A DNA stretch of 62,928 nt, filler included, from Stramenopiles sp. TOSAG23-6 (GCA_900128565.1; 44 parts of 44 records of this genome joined end to end with filler, not necessarily neighbours in it), one strand, 5' to 3'. Shown: positions 27,469 through 41,347, counted from the whole stretch's first letter. Made by a program: numbers and translations. Notes: generated from the letters alone by a model not told the origin.

Positions 27469-28335
27469 ATAGGATAGAGTTGCACACAATACCCATTGCG
27501 CGTGCCCACGAAATACTGCTATTTCTTCACCAGTAGTAACATCCCACAACCGAGCGGTATTATCATTTGATGCTGAACAAATTAGAGTCCCATCAAATTG
27601 TATAAAAAAATATTTAAAAAAAAAATTGAAATTTGTTAGGTACAAAATTACCTACGAAATATTTTTTTTAAGCTAGGGTTAGGGCTTGTACTGTTTGAAT
27701 TTTAAAAGTGATTGTTGAAAAAATACTTGACTGAAACAGCAAGAATTGATTGGTTTTGAATGTCCTCTTAAAACACGAGTTGACATCCCTCCAGATGATT
27801 GCATTTTCCCTGTTTTAGGTCTCTTTGATTTTCTTGAATGTTTTAGTCTTGCCAAATATGACATTTTGGAATCTCGATTAGATGGGGGGGTTTTCATGTC
27901 AGTTGTTTGAGAAGATATTCTTTTCATTTCTGTTGATGTTGTAATACACGATTTCTCTTTTTTTGTTTCCTTTTCATCCTCTTTATCTTTATCGTTTACT
28001 TTATGTAATTTACATATACGTTCTCGGGACGGAAGCTTCCATAAACGAAGTGTCGCGTCTGCACTAGCAGAGACACAGAGTCCATTGATCGAAATGTCAC
28101 AATCAAGAACTTTTCCTTCGTGCCCTTGTAGTTCAAGTTTAGGAATTCCAAGTTTTTGTAAAGTTTCTAGTTGTGCTTTGGCTACAGCTACAGCTTTCTT
28201 CCGGATTGCGATTTCTCGTTTTGCTTGGATGACTGCGGCGGATTGCTTTTTAGGGGGTGGAGTATAGTTAATATCTCCAAAATATTTTGCTTGTTCCGCT
28301 TTACTAAGAAAACGCTGTGCGTTTCTATGTGACAT
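27469..28335 (-). CDS. WD40-repeat protein, 5' part
   Basis: [45 protein letters not shown]; intron 27598-27726. Confidence 0.9.
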
Positions 28336-28849
28336 TGTACTATTGTCTTGGTGTACTTTTACTTTTAGTTGTTCATATTATACAGTAGTGTGTAATTGTG
28401 TATGACGACAATAGTGATTTGAGATTCTTTTTCAATAATTCAATGAATAATATTATTCAAGTACAAATTTTAAGATTGGCGATTTCTTTTATAAATTGAA
28501 AGAGATTGAAAGGATTGAAAGTTGAAACAAATCGAAATCAAATCACAAATAAATTGGAAATCGCCGACATCAAAAAAAATACTTAATATTTTTTATTTCT
28601 TTTTTGTACACAATATTCTTTCATAAAAAGCTTTTTATTTGATTTTTCTATTTTTTATTATGTATCGACAACCTCCATAGCGTACATTCATTTATTTTGT
28701 CCCTANNNNNNNNNNNNNNNNNNNNNNNNNNNNNNNNNNNNNNNNNNNNTTAATTAATTAANNNNNNNNNNNNNNNNNNNNNNNNNNNNNNNNNNNNNNN
28801 NNNNNTTTTTTAGATTTTTTTTTGAAATATTTTTCCAAAATATATAAAA

Positions 28850-29005
28850 AATGAATATCTCTATGACATTCAATTTGCAGTGAGTCTAGTAACGCAGTTT
28901 CATTCATGGGCTGATGTGTTGCACAATAAAACACGAAAAAAAGATTCTTTACAAAAAAATGAATTAGACAAAATATGTATATTTTCATCATGAATTTTAA
29001 ATGTA

Positions 29006-29036
<31 letters not shown>

Positions 29037-30031
29037 TTTTTAAATATTTTTTAGAATTGTTTTGAAATATTTATTCACAATTCATGTGTTGTATGTTTAC
29101 GTACAATTTTGTTTATAAAAGATCCTACAGGAGTAGATGGATCATCCGCAGCAACATTAGAAACTGAAACAATAGCTAATGAAAGTCCAATGCAAAACAT
29201 TTTAACTTGTGGTGAAATTATTTCTAATATTGATGTAAGTTTATTTTAAAATTTTTTTTTTTTTTTGTTTTAAATTTTTTAAATTTTTTAAATTTAAAAT
29301 TTTTTTTTTTGAAATTTTTTTTTTGAATTTTTTTTGAAATTTTTTTTGAAATTTTTTTGAAACTTTTGGTATAGTCGTATAAAAAAATATAAAAAGCTAA
29401 AGTATATATAAATGATTGAACTGATTGTACTAAAAAAATAAAAAAAAATGACATTTTTTTACATCATACATGCAACGCATCTGTCAATTGATCGTCAAAA
29501 TTGTTTGGTTGATTTGAGAGTATTAGAATTTTGTTTTGAAATTCTCGAATATTTACTAAAATTATGCCCATTATCATCAAATGATGAAAAAAATGGAAAA
29601 AATGGAAAAAATGAAAAAAATAATCATTTAATAAAATACGTACAAATTTTGTGTAGGAGTTTGTATCATGTTATTCATCACTCGTTTGAAGATAATACAC
29701 GAAATCAAAAATATTGTGCGCAATGGATGGAAGTTATGATTCGACAAATGCAATATAATATCGGTTCTGATAAATGCTTGACTGAATGTATGTTTTTTTT
29801 TTTTTTTTTTTTTTTTTTTTTGTTCGTAATTTTTTTCCCAACAAATTTTTGCTGATTTTTTTTTTTTTTTTTTTCGTACGTAATTTTGTACCTAACAAAT
29901 TGTACAAAAAAAAAAAATTTCACAATAAAGTAGTCGAAGAAAATCAAATTTTATTGGAACAAAAAATTAATGAAGACCATGTGAATTTATTTATTAATTT
30001 AATTAGAAAATATGGATTACGTCCTCATTAT
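28850..30031 (+). CDS. Inositol-1,4,5-trisphosphate/ryanodine receptor-type Ca2+ channel fragment (RIH domain)
   Basis: DRQNCLVDLRVLE, SFEDNTRNQKY, CLTELVEENQILLEQKI (cf. IP3R TALLHNNRKLLEKHI) after GT-AG intron 29788-29930. Confidence 0.75.
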
Positions 30032-30395
30032 GTACGTTTTTTACTTGTTTTTCAAATTCTTTTTTTTTTTTTCGTACGAAATTTTGTACCTAACAATTTT
30101 TTTTTTTTTTTGTTAAAAAAATTTTGAAATATTTTTTTANNNNNNNNNNNNNNNNNNNNNNNNNNNNNNNNNNNNNNNNNNNNTTAATTAATTAANNNNN
30201 NNNNNNNNNNNNNNNNNNNNNNNNNNNNNNNNNNNNNNNTTATATATATTTTTTTTTTTTTTTTTGCAATGATTTTTTTTTTTTTTTTTTTAAAATTTTT
30301 TCAATTTTTTTTTTTTTTTTTTGCAATGATTTTTTTTTTTTTCTATGAAAATGTTTTCAATTTTTTTTTTTTTCAAATATTTTCTCACACTATAT

Positions 30396-31369
30396 GAAAC
30401 TATTCCTGCACCAAAAGTTGTATCCGATGCAACAATTGCAGAACTTAAAATGGTTCAAAATTTGGTCCAATCCGGAAAAGTTCCAAAATCAGCTTTCGTT
30501 GCATTATTAGAAACGCATGGCGTTGATGAAGATACAGTCAATGCGGCAATTGCTGCAAACTTGAAAAGTGAAAACCCTAACGCTAATGAATTGTCTTCAC
30601 AACAAAACAGAACAAATGAGGCAGTACACAATCAATCAAATTCAAGTGATGTGAAAACACTACTATCAACAAATTCATTGAGAGATTTACAAGGCCAAGA
30701 TGTTGAAATTCTTCGTCAACATTTAAAAAATGGTAGAATAAATCAAGCTCAATTTTCCCGCTTGGTTGATGGTGAATCAATGGGTCTTTCACGACGCAAA
30801 TCATTACGCAAATCACTACCTAAGAACAAATCAAAACGAAAAATTGCTAAAGAAATTGTCATATTTAAAGTCGGGGATGTACATTTTATTTTTTTCAAAA
30901 AAAAAAAAAAAAAAAAAAAAATTTCATAGTAAATTTTGTACCTAAAAAAAAAAAAATTTTCAAAAAAAAAATATATTTTTCACAATAAATGTTTTTTTTT
31001 TTTGGTAAAAAAATTTTTTACCTAACAATTTTTTTTTTTTTTTTTGGTAAAAAAATTTTGAAATATTTTTACAAAATTCATGGAGGCTGTTTACAAGTTG
31101 TTCCAGATTCTGAAACAATTGCAAGCTTACACCAAAGATATGAAGGCCAAGGTGGTTATAATTTTCTTTGGAAAAATTCAACTTTTTTGACTAAATTTTT
31201 AGAAGAGCATAACCCAAATGCAGAAGAATGGCCGAAAGTTGCAGATACTTTTAAACGATCCTTAGCCGGTTGTTGTGTAGCAACACATGTATTAGGCATT
31301 GGAGATCGTCATAATGATAATATTATGGTCTCTAAGAGAGGTCGATGTTTTCATATTGATTTTGGTCAT
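30396..31369 (+). CDS. Phosphoinositide 3/4-kinase catalytic domain fragment (PI3K-like)
   Basis: IFKVGD; FKRSLAGCCVATHVLGIGDRHNDNIMV..G..FHIDFGH. Confidence 0.9.
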
Positions 31370-31390
31370 GTAGGTTTTTTTCAATTTTTT

Positions 31391-31438
<48 letters not shown>

Positions 31439-31447
31439 AATTTTTAC

Positions 31448-31481
<34 letters not shown>

Positions 31482-31790
31482 CTTCAATTTTTTTTTCATA
31501 GTAAAATTTGTACCTAACAAAAAAAAAAAAAAATTTCTTCAATTTTTTCACAGTACATAAATTAATCAAACAANNNNNNNNNNNNNNNNNNNNNNNNNNN
31601 NNNNNNNNNNNNNNNNNTTAATTAATTAANNNNNNNNNNNNNNNNNNNNNNNNNNNNNNNNNNNNNNNNNNNNACAAAAAAAAAAAAAAAAATCGTTTCA
31701 ATTTTTTCGAGAATCAAACTATACGGATACACTCTCTTATTAAGGTAAAGAAGATACATTGTTTGATCACAATTTTGAAACAAGTAAACA

Positions 31791-32915
31791 ATGAGGGGCT
31801 TCGAAGGTTCGTATGTAGATGAGTCACTCTTTGGACCTTCCAAAAAGACTAAACTACGAAATGGAGGACGAAAACTCACGGGTCAAACGTCCGAGACAAC
31901 AGCAATATATTTGCCAAGAAATGAATTGAAACGCATGGAAAAACTTTCCATTGTCATCACACCGCAGTTAGCAATTAAAATGCGTAAGGAGAAGAAACGT
32001 CAACTAGAGGCTAAAATGAAGGAATCTTTTGATCGAAAACAGGAAATAATGCGAAAAGAAGAAGTGAGAAAAGCAAATTTACCACCAGATGTCACGCAGG
32101 TTGAAAAATTCAACGCTGACAAAATAATTTTGGACAAAGCAAAGCATCTTATCAATGAAGACAAAGATGATATTAAAGGTATGAAAGGGAAAATGGCATA
32201 TGCTATGACTGTTGGTGTCCGTGATGCTCAAGTTAAAGAGAAAATTATTCGTATACAAAGAGAAAAATTGGTGGAAAAGCGGACTCAAATCAAAATTGAG
32301 CTGGAACGGCTTCGCACTGTGAAGTTCTATAAAGACAGAGACCATCAAAGAAAAATTGATGATCGCAAAGCAAGTAAAGGGATTAATGTTCAGATAGAAG
32401 AAGCCCAACAGAGACGTAAAAAGCAATTGGAAATTAAAAGAAAAGAACAAATAGTTTTAAAGGCTAGAGGTATGTTTTATTTTTATTTTTTTTTAAACAA
32501 AAAAATTGGATTTTTTTTTTTTTTTTTTCGTACGAAATTTTGTACCTAANNNNNNNNNNNNNNNNNNNNNNNNNNNNNNNNNNNNNNNNNNNNNNNNNNN
32601 NNNNNNNNNNNNNNNNNNNNNNNNNNNNNNNNNNNNNNNNNNNNNNNNNNNNNNNNNNNNNNNNNNNNNNNNNNNNNNNNNNNNNAACTTTTTTTTTTTC
32701 ATAGTAAATTTTGTACCTAACACATTTTTTTTTTTTTTGGTAAAAAAAAATTTCAAATATTTTTCCAAAATATATAAAATAAAACGTGCACAAAAAAGTA
32801 TCGAAGAAGATAAAAGAATTGAAGAATGGATTAAACAAAAAGCACTTCGTGATCAGGCCGAAGAAGAACGAAAAGCCAAAATTGCAGCTGAAAAAGAACG
32901 CCAATGCGAAAGAAT
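31791..32915 (+). CDS. CFAP45: Cilia- and flagella-associated protein 45 (CCDC19)-like
   Basis: VDESLFG N-terminal motif; EDKDDIKGM..MAYAMTVGVRDAQVKEK trichohyalin-plectin-homology coiled coil. Confidence 0.7.
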
Positions 32916-33165
32916 GTATGTTTTTTTTTTTTTTTTTTCGTAAAATTGTCTTAATTTTTTTTTTCGTACGAAATTTTGTACCTAACAAATTTTCAAAATT
33001 TTTTTTTNNNNNNNNNNNNNNNNNNNNNNNNNNNNNNNNNNNNNNNNNNNNTTAATTAATTAANNNNNNNNNNNNNNNNNNNNNNNNNNNNNNNNNNNNN
33101 NNNNNNNGTTAGGTACAAAATTTCGTACGAAAAAAAACTCGAATTTGAAAAAAAATAAAACATAC

Positions 33166-33874
33166 AATATTCCTCATGCTTTGGTTCATATCGGCAACAT
33201 TGAAAACTACTACCTGGTTCATTTTCTAATGTTGCGTTTTCTAACGAAGTATTTACAGATGCTATGACTTTTGCACGATATGCAACTTTTTCATCATTAT
33301 CGTTAAAGAGTTTCAATGCCTCAGGGTTAGCTGGAAAAGGAAAATCTTTAGTCGGAAAAGAGTTCAGATAAAAAATTCTTTTGATATAGACGAGGATAAA
33401 TACAAGATAATCGTGCCCTTGTTTCCAGCAAGGAAACCGATGATCTAAGTTTAGGACACCACTTCCATAGTCAACCAAAGGATGAAAAACCTTGGAAAAA
33501 AATGTGACTTTTGGTCTTGCATTGTCCGCAGGGTATTGGTCGGGTATATCTATCCTGAACTTAAAAATACCATCTTTAAACATCCCTTGGCGAATGAAAA
33601 TTGCACCATACCAGGTTCTTAAATTATCGTGAGATGGTAGAACATAAATCCCACCTGGGGCGCGTAACTGGAGGTGTTTGTACTCTATAGTTAAGGCATA
33701 ATCTTTCATCAACTGCGTTTTATATTTTGATAGAGTAACAGTAGAGCGAGGGGTACGTTCAGCATTGATATTAGAGCTTATTGCTTTCTGATTTTTATCT
33801 GGAGTTTGCAGCCTTCTCAGAGGTAAAGGACTCTTTTCAGGGCCATTTCTGGCAATCCGATCGACTGTCTCCAT
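33166..33874 (-). CDS. AKTIP: AKTIP/FTS/crossbronx-type inactive ubiquitin-conjugating (UEV) protein, first exon
   Basis: EYKHLQ..PGGIYVLPS..LRTWYGAIFIRQG.FKDGIFKF.I.IP.YP..P.V.F..VFHPLVD; no catalytic Cys. Confidence 0.75.
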
Positions 33875-34162
33875 TGTAATAAAAAGAGAATTTCCGAAGT
33901 TTTCTCTTGAATGAATCACACACGACGAAGATTATTTTTTGGGGGTCAAACGTCAAACTCAACAACATTTGATTTTTTTGATTGATGTCTTAACCCTAAC
34001 CCTACTAGTGTACACCCGGGGAATCGACAAAATAAACTTTCAATAAAGAAGGAAAATTCAATAAATACTACAATGAACTCTTATCATATCATTCTTTAAT
34101 AAATCATTATTCAATGTACAAACATTTATCCTCAAAATACTACCATTATATAAAGCTTTTTA

Positions 34163-34384
34163 TCACAATTCACTTTCAAATTTACGACTTTTTAAATGGA
34201 AAGCAAAAATAAATGGGGATATCAGAGTTGATAATAAGATACCCCAAACAACAATAGCAAAAACTTCATCATCAATTAAATTATCATCTTTCGCCATCAA
34301 TGCAATAACAAGGCCTAATTCACCCCTACCTACCATTGCCCATCCTATAGTATTCCAATCACGCCATCTACCTTTCAAACAACC
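34163..34384 (-). CDS. CPA2-type cation/H+ antiporter, last exon
   Basis: IGWAMVGRGELGLVIA...VVWGILLSTLISP. Confidence 0.75.
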   Translation of the reverse strand, partial: GCLKGRWRDWNTIGWAMVGRGELGLVIALMAKDDNLIDDEVFAIVVWGILLSTLISPFIFAFHLKSRKFESEL

Positions 34385-34540
34385 ATGTATTTTGGAAAAA
34401 TATTTCAAAAAAAATCTAAAAAAAATTGTTAGGTACAAAANNNNNNNNNNNNNNNNNNNNNNNNNNNNNNNNNNNNNNNNNNNNTTAATTAATTAANNNN
34501 NNNNNNNNNNNNNNNNNNNNNNNNNNNNNNNNNNNNNNNN

Positions 34541-35869
34541 TTGTATTTTTTGTATTTTTTGTATTTTTTGTATTTTTTGTATTTTTTGTATTTTTAGACT
34601 CTTCAAACAATATTTTATTATTGAAAAATAATTCAAAATCAAAAGTTTTTTGGTTTTCTTCGTGAAATGACGAGACAAAATCATTGCAAATTTTAACTGC
34701 AGAACAATGTAAAAGAGAAATTCTCTGCAATGGATTCATACTATTATTCATAATATCATTATTACTATTTGTATTATTCTTACTATTTGTATTATTATTA
34801 TTATTATGATTTGTATTATTATTATTATTTGAAGTATTATTATTATTATTATTATTATGATTTGTATTATTATTACTATTTGTAGTATTATTATTATTAT
34901 GATTTGTATTATCATTACTATTTGTATTATTATTATCATTTGTAACATATTTACTATTTGTAGTATTATTATTATTATTTATAATATCTTGTTTTTTTAC
35001 TAAAGAAATTTCCATTATTCCATTCTTCACTGTTATAAAACGACAATCCCAACGCATAAAATAACAGGGATATTTTTTCAACAAAATTCCTTTTTTATAT
35101 AGTGTTGATAAAGACAAATCAGCTTTATTTGATACTGAAACAGCGTTGTGGTTTTCGTGTTTTTCGTGTTTTTCGTGTTTTTCGTGTTTTTCAGCGTCCA
35201 TTGATTTTGAAACAGAGGATTGTTTTTGTGCTACGACTCGATGCAAAGTGAAATCGGATATTCGTACTTCTTCCTCTTCGTTCTGTAGTATGAAAAAATA
35301 TTTCAAAAAAAATTTTTTTAGTTTCAAAAAAAAAATTGTTAGGTACAAAATTTCCTACAAAAAAAATATTTCCAAATTTTTTAGTTTTTTTTCAAAAAAA
35401 AAATTGTTAGGTACAAAATTTCCTATGAAAAAAAAAAATAAAACATACATTTTCATAGCGCACAGCGACATCTCCATCACTACAAAATTCAATAATTTCA
35501 GCGACTCGTTGTGAATCCAATTGAACATTTTCTTCATTTACATCAAATACAAAGACAAATTGACCAAGTTTTAAGTTGTTTTTTTTTTCATTTACATTTT
35601 GATCATTATTATTTTTAGTATTATTATTACAACGAATAGTATCAATATCATCAATTTCATCATCAATAGTATTATCAATATCATCAATATCATCAATGCT
35701 ATCATCAACATCATCAATATCATCATTAATATCATCAATATCATCAATATCAACATCATCAATATCATCAATATCATCAATACTATCATCAACATCATCA
35801 ATATCATCATCAATATCATCAATATCATCAATATCATCAATACTATCATCAACATCATCAATATCATCA
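34541..35869 (-). CDS. Low-complexity (Asp/Ile- and Asn-rich) protein fragment with possible PH-like segment
   Basis: KKGILLKK...WDCRFITVKNG; long Asn and DID microsatellites; exon structure uncertain. Confidence 0.35.
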
Positions 35870-36116
35870 NNNNNNNNNNNNNNNNNNNNNNNNNNNNNNN
35901 NNNNNNNNNNNNNTTAATTAATTAANNNNNNNNNNNNNNNNNNNNNNNNNNNNNNNNNNNNNNNNNNNNAAAATTTTATAAATTTCAAAAATTTTTTTTT
36001 TTTTTTTTTTTGTTGTTAGGGGTACAAATTTTTATAATAATTTTTTTTTTTTTTTTTTTTTTTTGTTGTTGTTAGGTATAAAATTTCATACATTTTTTTT
36101 TAATAATAAATACGTA

Positions 36117-37167
36117 CATGAAGAGGTTATAGCAGCTACTCCAATTCCAATGTCTGTCAAAATTTTACACAAATCACCATATAATGTACATTTATTTTTA
36201 GAAAATATTTCAAAAAAATCTAAAAAATTTTGTTAGGTACAAAATTTCGTACGAAAAAAAAATTCTATTTTTTTGTAAAAAAAAAAAAAAAAATTGTTAG
36301 GTACAAAATTTCGTACGAAAAAAAAATTCAAATTTAAAAAAAAAAAAAATAAAACGTACAATGTGTGATTAACTGATCGTTATCAAAATTCAAAAACATA
36401 TCAACCATATTATGAGGCACTTCGCACCAAATACGAATTTCTTGCAAAATTTGAAATTTTATTTTTGGTAAACTTTCAGATGAATGTAGTATTGGATAAA
36501 TTGCTTTTTCCCAAAGAACAGCCAATTCAATTTTAATAAGAGCACGAAATCGGTTCCATAACACACTAAGCAGTTTTGTTCCTTCAGAAAATATGGGTAA
36601 TAATGTTTTTGTTACACATGTACTTTGTAACTATATATTATTATTCTTTTTGTTATTGGTTAGTTGGTTGGTTAGGTACAAAAAAATTAAATTTCAAAAA
36701 AAAAAAAATTTTAATAAATTTCAAAAAAAAAAAAAATTGAAAAAAAATTGAAAAAAAAAAAAAAATTGAAAAAAAAAAAATTTTAACTTTAAATTTCAAA
36801 AAAATATTCAAAAAGACTACATACATGACAAAGATTTCCCAACAACAAGAATAGCCATTCGACGTACACACAAACAAAAACGCCTTGAAGAACAAAAAAC
36901 ATCACCACTATCATTTAATGTATTTTGGAAAAATATTTCAAAAAAAAAATTTTAGAAAAAATTGTTAGGTACAAAATTTTTTTACCAAAAAAAAAAAAAA
37001 TTTCGATTTTTTTTTTACCGGAAAAAAAAAAAAATAAAACATACATAGCTTTGCTATACCACGAATTACGCAGGTTTTCAATTCAATATCTTCAGATAAA
37101 TGTGTTGTTTGACTTGCTAATTTCCAAATTGAATTTTGATCAACTGGATGAGGATGAGGCCAATGTC
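36117..37167 (-). CDS. Sec7 Arf-GEF (BIG/GBF/MON2 family) N-terminal region fragment; duplicate contig at 37398-38725
   Basis: LWNRFRALIKIELAVL...P..MVDMFLNFDND (HUS-box-like); five or more family introns. Confidence 0.65.
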
Positions 37168-38825
37168 CATGTACATGAAAAAATATTAAAAAAAAAAAAA
37201 AATGTTAGGTTTATATATATTTTTTTTTTGGAAGAATTTTTTTTTTTTTTGGAAAATTTNTTAGGTACAAAATTTACTATGAAAAAAACAAAAAAAANNN
37301 NNNNNNNNNNNNNNNNNNNNNNNNNNNNNNNNNNNNNNNNNTTAATTAATTAANNNNNNNNNNNNNNNNNNNNNNNNNNNNNNNNNNNNNNNNNNNNAAA
37401 ATTTTATAAATTTCAAAAATTTTTTTTTTTTTTTTTTTTGTTGTTAGGGGTACAAATTTTTATAATAATTTTTTTTTTTTTTTTTTTTTTTTGTTGTTGT
37501 TAGGTATAAAATTTCATACATTTTTTTTTAATAATAAATACGTACATGAAGAGGTTATAGCAGCTACTCCAATTCCAATGTCTGTCAAAATTTTACACAA
37601 ATCACCATATAATGTACATTTATTTTTAGAAAATATTTCAAAAAAATCTAAAAAATTTTGTTAGGTACAAAATTTCGTACGAAAAAAAAATTCTATTTTT
37701 TTGTAAAAAAAAAAAAAAAAATTGTTAGGTACAAAATTTCGTACGAAAAAAAAATTCAAATTTAAAAAAAAAAAAAATAAAACGTACAATGTGTGATTAA
37801 CTGATCGTTATCAAAATTCAAAAACATATCAACCATATTATGAGGCACTTCGCACCAAATACGAATTTCTTGCAAAATTTGAAATTTTATTTTTGGTAAA
37901 CTTTCAGATGAATGTAGTATTGGATAAATTGCTTTTTCCCAAAGAACAGCCAATTCAATTTTAATAAGAGCACGAAATCGGTTCCATAACACACTAAGCA
38001 GTTTTGTTCCTTCAGAAAATATGGGTAATAATGTTTTTGTTACACATGTACTTTGTAACTATATATTATTATTCTTTTTGTTATTGGTTAGTTGGTTGGT
38101 TAGGTACAAAAAAATTAAATTTCAAAAAAAAAAAAATTTTAATAAATTTCAAAAAAAAAAAAAATTGAAAAAAAATTGAAAAAAAAAAAAAAATTGAAAA
38201 AAAAAAAATTTTAACTTTAAATTTCAAAAAAATATTCAAAAAGACTACATACATGACAAAGATTTCCCAACAACAAGAATAGCCATTCGACGTACACACA
38301 AACAAAAACGCCTTGAAGAACAAAAAACATCACCACTATCATTTAATGTATTTTGGAAAAATATTTCAAAAAAAAAATTTTAGAAAAAATTGTTAGGTAC
38401 AAAATTTTTTTACCAAAAAAAAAAAAAATTTCGATTTTTTTTTTACCGGAAAAAAAAAAAAATAAAACATACATAGCTTTGCTATACCACGAATTACGCA
38501 GGTTTTCAATTCAATATCTTCAGATAAATGTGTTGTTTGACTTGCTAATTTCCAAATTGAATTTTGATCAACTGGATGAGGATGAGGCCAATGTCCATGT
38601 ACATGAAAAAATATTAAAAAAAAAAAAAAATGTTAGGTTTATATATATTTTTTTTTTGGAAGAATTTTTTTTTTTTTTGGAAAATTTGTTAGGTACAAAA
38701 TTTACTATGAAAAAAACAAAAAAAANNNNNNNNNNNNNNNNNNNNNNNNNNNNNNNNNNNNNNNNNNNNTTAATTAATTAANNNNNNNNNNNNNNNNNNN
38801 NNNNNNNNNNNNNNNNNNNNNNNNN

Positions 38826-40152
38826 GTGCAACTACTTCCGCATGACCTTTTTCAGCAGCATCGAACAGTGCATTATTTTTCCACTCATTTGACAAGACAT
38901 CAATAAGTTTTGATACTACTGTTTGATGACCATTTCGTGTAGCAACATACAACGGTGTGAATCCATTTTTGTTAGCCTTATTTACATCAGCACCATTAGC
39001 GATAAGTAATTCAACTACTTCTGTATGACCCTTTTGAGAAGCAATAAGCAATGGCGTAACTCCGTTTTGTTTAGGCTGATTGACAACAGCATCAGCAGCA
39101 ATGAGTTCTTCAACTATTCCTACATGACCAAAATTTGAAGCAATAAACAATGGGGTGGAACCGTTCTTAGTAGGCTGGTTGACATCAGCATCTCCTTCAA
39201 TAAGCAATTCAACAATTCCTTCGTTACCCTTATGTGAAGCAACATACAATGGGGTATATTCGCCTTCTGCAGCCTGATTGACATAAGCACCAGTATCAAT
39301 AAGTAGTTCAACTACATCAACATGATCATTCTGTGAAGCAGCATACAATGGAGTATATCCGTCATTTGTTGCCTTATTGAGATCAGCACCTTTTTCAAGA
39401 AGTAATTCAACTATATCAACATGACCATGTTGTGAAGCAATCAACAATGGTGTACCTCCGATTTTTTCAGCCTGATTGACATCAGCACCAGCAGTGATAA
39501 GTTGTGTAACTACTTTACGATGGCCATTCTCCGAAGCAACAAGCAATGGCGTAACTCCGCTTTTAGTAGCCTGATTGACAAAAGCATCAGCAGCAATGAG
39601 TTCTTCAACTATTCCTACATAACTCTTCTGTGAAGCGACAAACAATGGGGTATATCCGTCTTTTTCAGCCTTGTTAATATCAATATCATCTGCATCGATA
39701 AGTAGTTCAACTACTCCAACATGACCAAAATTTGAAGCAATAAACAATGGGGTGGAACCGATCTTAGTAGGCTGGTTGACATCAGCATCTTCTTCAATAA
39801 GCAATGCAACAATTCCTTCATTACCCTTATGTGAAGCAATATACAATGGGGTAGCTCCGCTTTTTTCAGCCTGGTTGACATCAGCACTAGCATCGATAAG
39901 TTGTTTAACTACTTTTACATGACCAAAATTTGAAGCAATAAACAATGGGGTGGCACCCATCTCAGTAGGCTGGTTGACATCAGCATCTTCTTCAATAAGC
40001 AATTCAACTACTCTTTCATGACCATTTTGTGAAGCAACATACAATGGGGTAACACTGATTTCAGTCTGATTGACATCAGCACCTGCTCTAAGAAGTCGTG
40101 CAACTACTTCCGCATGACCTTTTTCAGCAGCATCGAACAGTGCATTATTTTT
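38826..40152 (-). CDS. Ankyrin-repeat protein, internal fragment (~13 repeats)
   Basis: Repeated GxTPLxxASxxGHxxVVxLLIxxxADVN; intronless. Confidence 0.95.
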
Positions 40153-40252
40153 NNNNNNNNNNNNNNNNNNNNNNNNNNNNNNNNNNNNNNNNNNNNTTAA
40201 TTAATTAANNNNNNNNNNNNNNNNNNNNNNNNNNNNNNNNNNNNNNNNNNNN

Positions 40253-40858
40253 AAACAAATGTAGCATCTTTCATCAAAGAGCTTACATCTGAAGAATTTC
40301 GAGAGGCGGTTCCTTCACGAGCCGCTTCATTCATATTTACACGAAAAGGTGGACCATTATATTGTGATACAATGCAAATGTATTCTTTTTTTTCGTACAA
40401 AATTTTGTACCTACCGAATTTTTTTTTGAAATATTTTTTCACAGCACATAGTAGCTATTTTTACCCCTATTTGTAAATTTCTATCCGCTGTTGGTAGCGC
40501 TATACAAAAAGGTTTTATAGCATGTTGCAAGGCAATCAATTCCTGCTATAAAGCAGTGTATGATAACATACTTAAACCGATTGGAAATGGGATTTATTGT
40601 GTTTACTTAGCAATTTGGACTTCAATATTTAAACCTCTTTTTGGCGCTATTGCGACATGTGGACGGGCAATCCGTGACAATATTCTTGTGCCTATTCGAG
40701 ACAATGTGCTTATACCTTTGCGTGAAATGATAAAAAAAGTTTTAAGTGCAATAGCCAACGCAATTAAAGCAGTGCTAAATGCAATAGCCAACGCAATTAA
40801 AGCAGTGCTAAATGCAATCAGCTCAGTATTTTCGGCAATTGGAAAAGCACTAGGCTAA
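40253..40858 (+). CDS. Hypothetical protein C-terminus with amphipathic repeats, one AT-ending intron
   Basis: Frame joins across ~40380-40449; IKAVLNAIANA tandem repeat. Confidence 0.5.
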
Positions 40859-40885
40859 TTTTTTTTCAATGTTTTAATAAATACT

Positions 40886-41347
40886 TTATTCTTCTAAAAG
40901 TTGAATTCGTAATATTAAATGACTTCCAGCCGAAGTGTCCACTATACCGCTTAAGTCCCCAATATCTAAAACATCATAAACCTCATCTTCAAAAGGTTTC
41001 TCCATTTGTGTAATTCCAAAGTTTCCCAAGTCACCACCTTTACTATATGTTCCACAATCAGAACGCTGTGTAGCAATGACTTTGAAAAGGTCTTCAACAT
41101 CTTCTAAAGGAACTTCATCTAGTCTAGTCAATATTTTCTCAAGTTCTACGTGCGCCTCAGCTTTTGTTATTGTTATAGGCATCAAAGTACGACGAGATAA
41201 AGGTGTTCGACTTTTGTTGTGCTTTATTAAAATATGACGGGCCCTAACCTGTGGTTTTGACGCTATAAACTGTTTTCGAGCTTTCTCCTTTGCTCTCTGT
41301 ATACGCAATTGTGCTCTAGCTTCTTTCTTCTCTGCTTTTGATGACAT
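40886..41347 (-). CDS. Parvulin/Pin1-type peptidyl-prolyl isomerase
   Basis: VRARHILIKH..SR, SDCGTYSKGGDLG.F....MEKPFED, SGIVDTSAGSHLILR. Confidence 0.92.
   Translation of the reverse strand: MSSKAEKKEARAQLRIQRAKEKARKQFIASKPQVRARHILIKHNKSRTPLSRRTLMPITITKAEAHVELEKILTRLDEVPLEDVEDLFKVIATQRSDCGTYSKGGDLGNFGITQMEKPFEDEVYDVLDIGDLSGIVDTSAGSHLILRIQLLEE

Noticed and set aside
35592-35925. Ile/Met/Leu-rich or Ile/Asn-rich ORFs
   Set aside because: Alternative frames of a (GAT ATT GAT)n microsatellite
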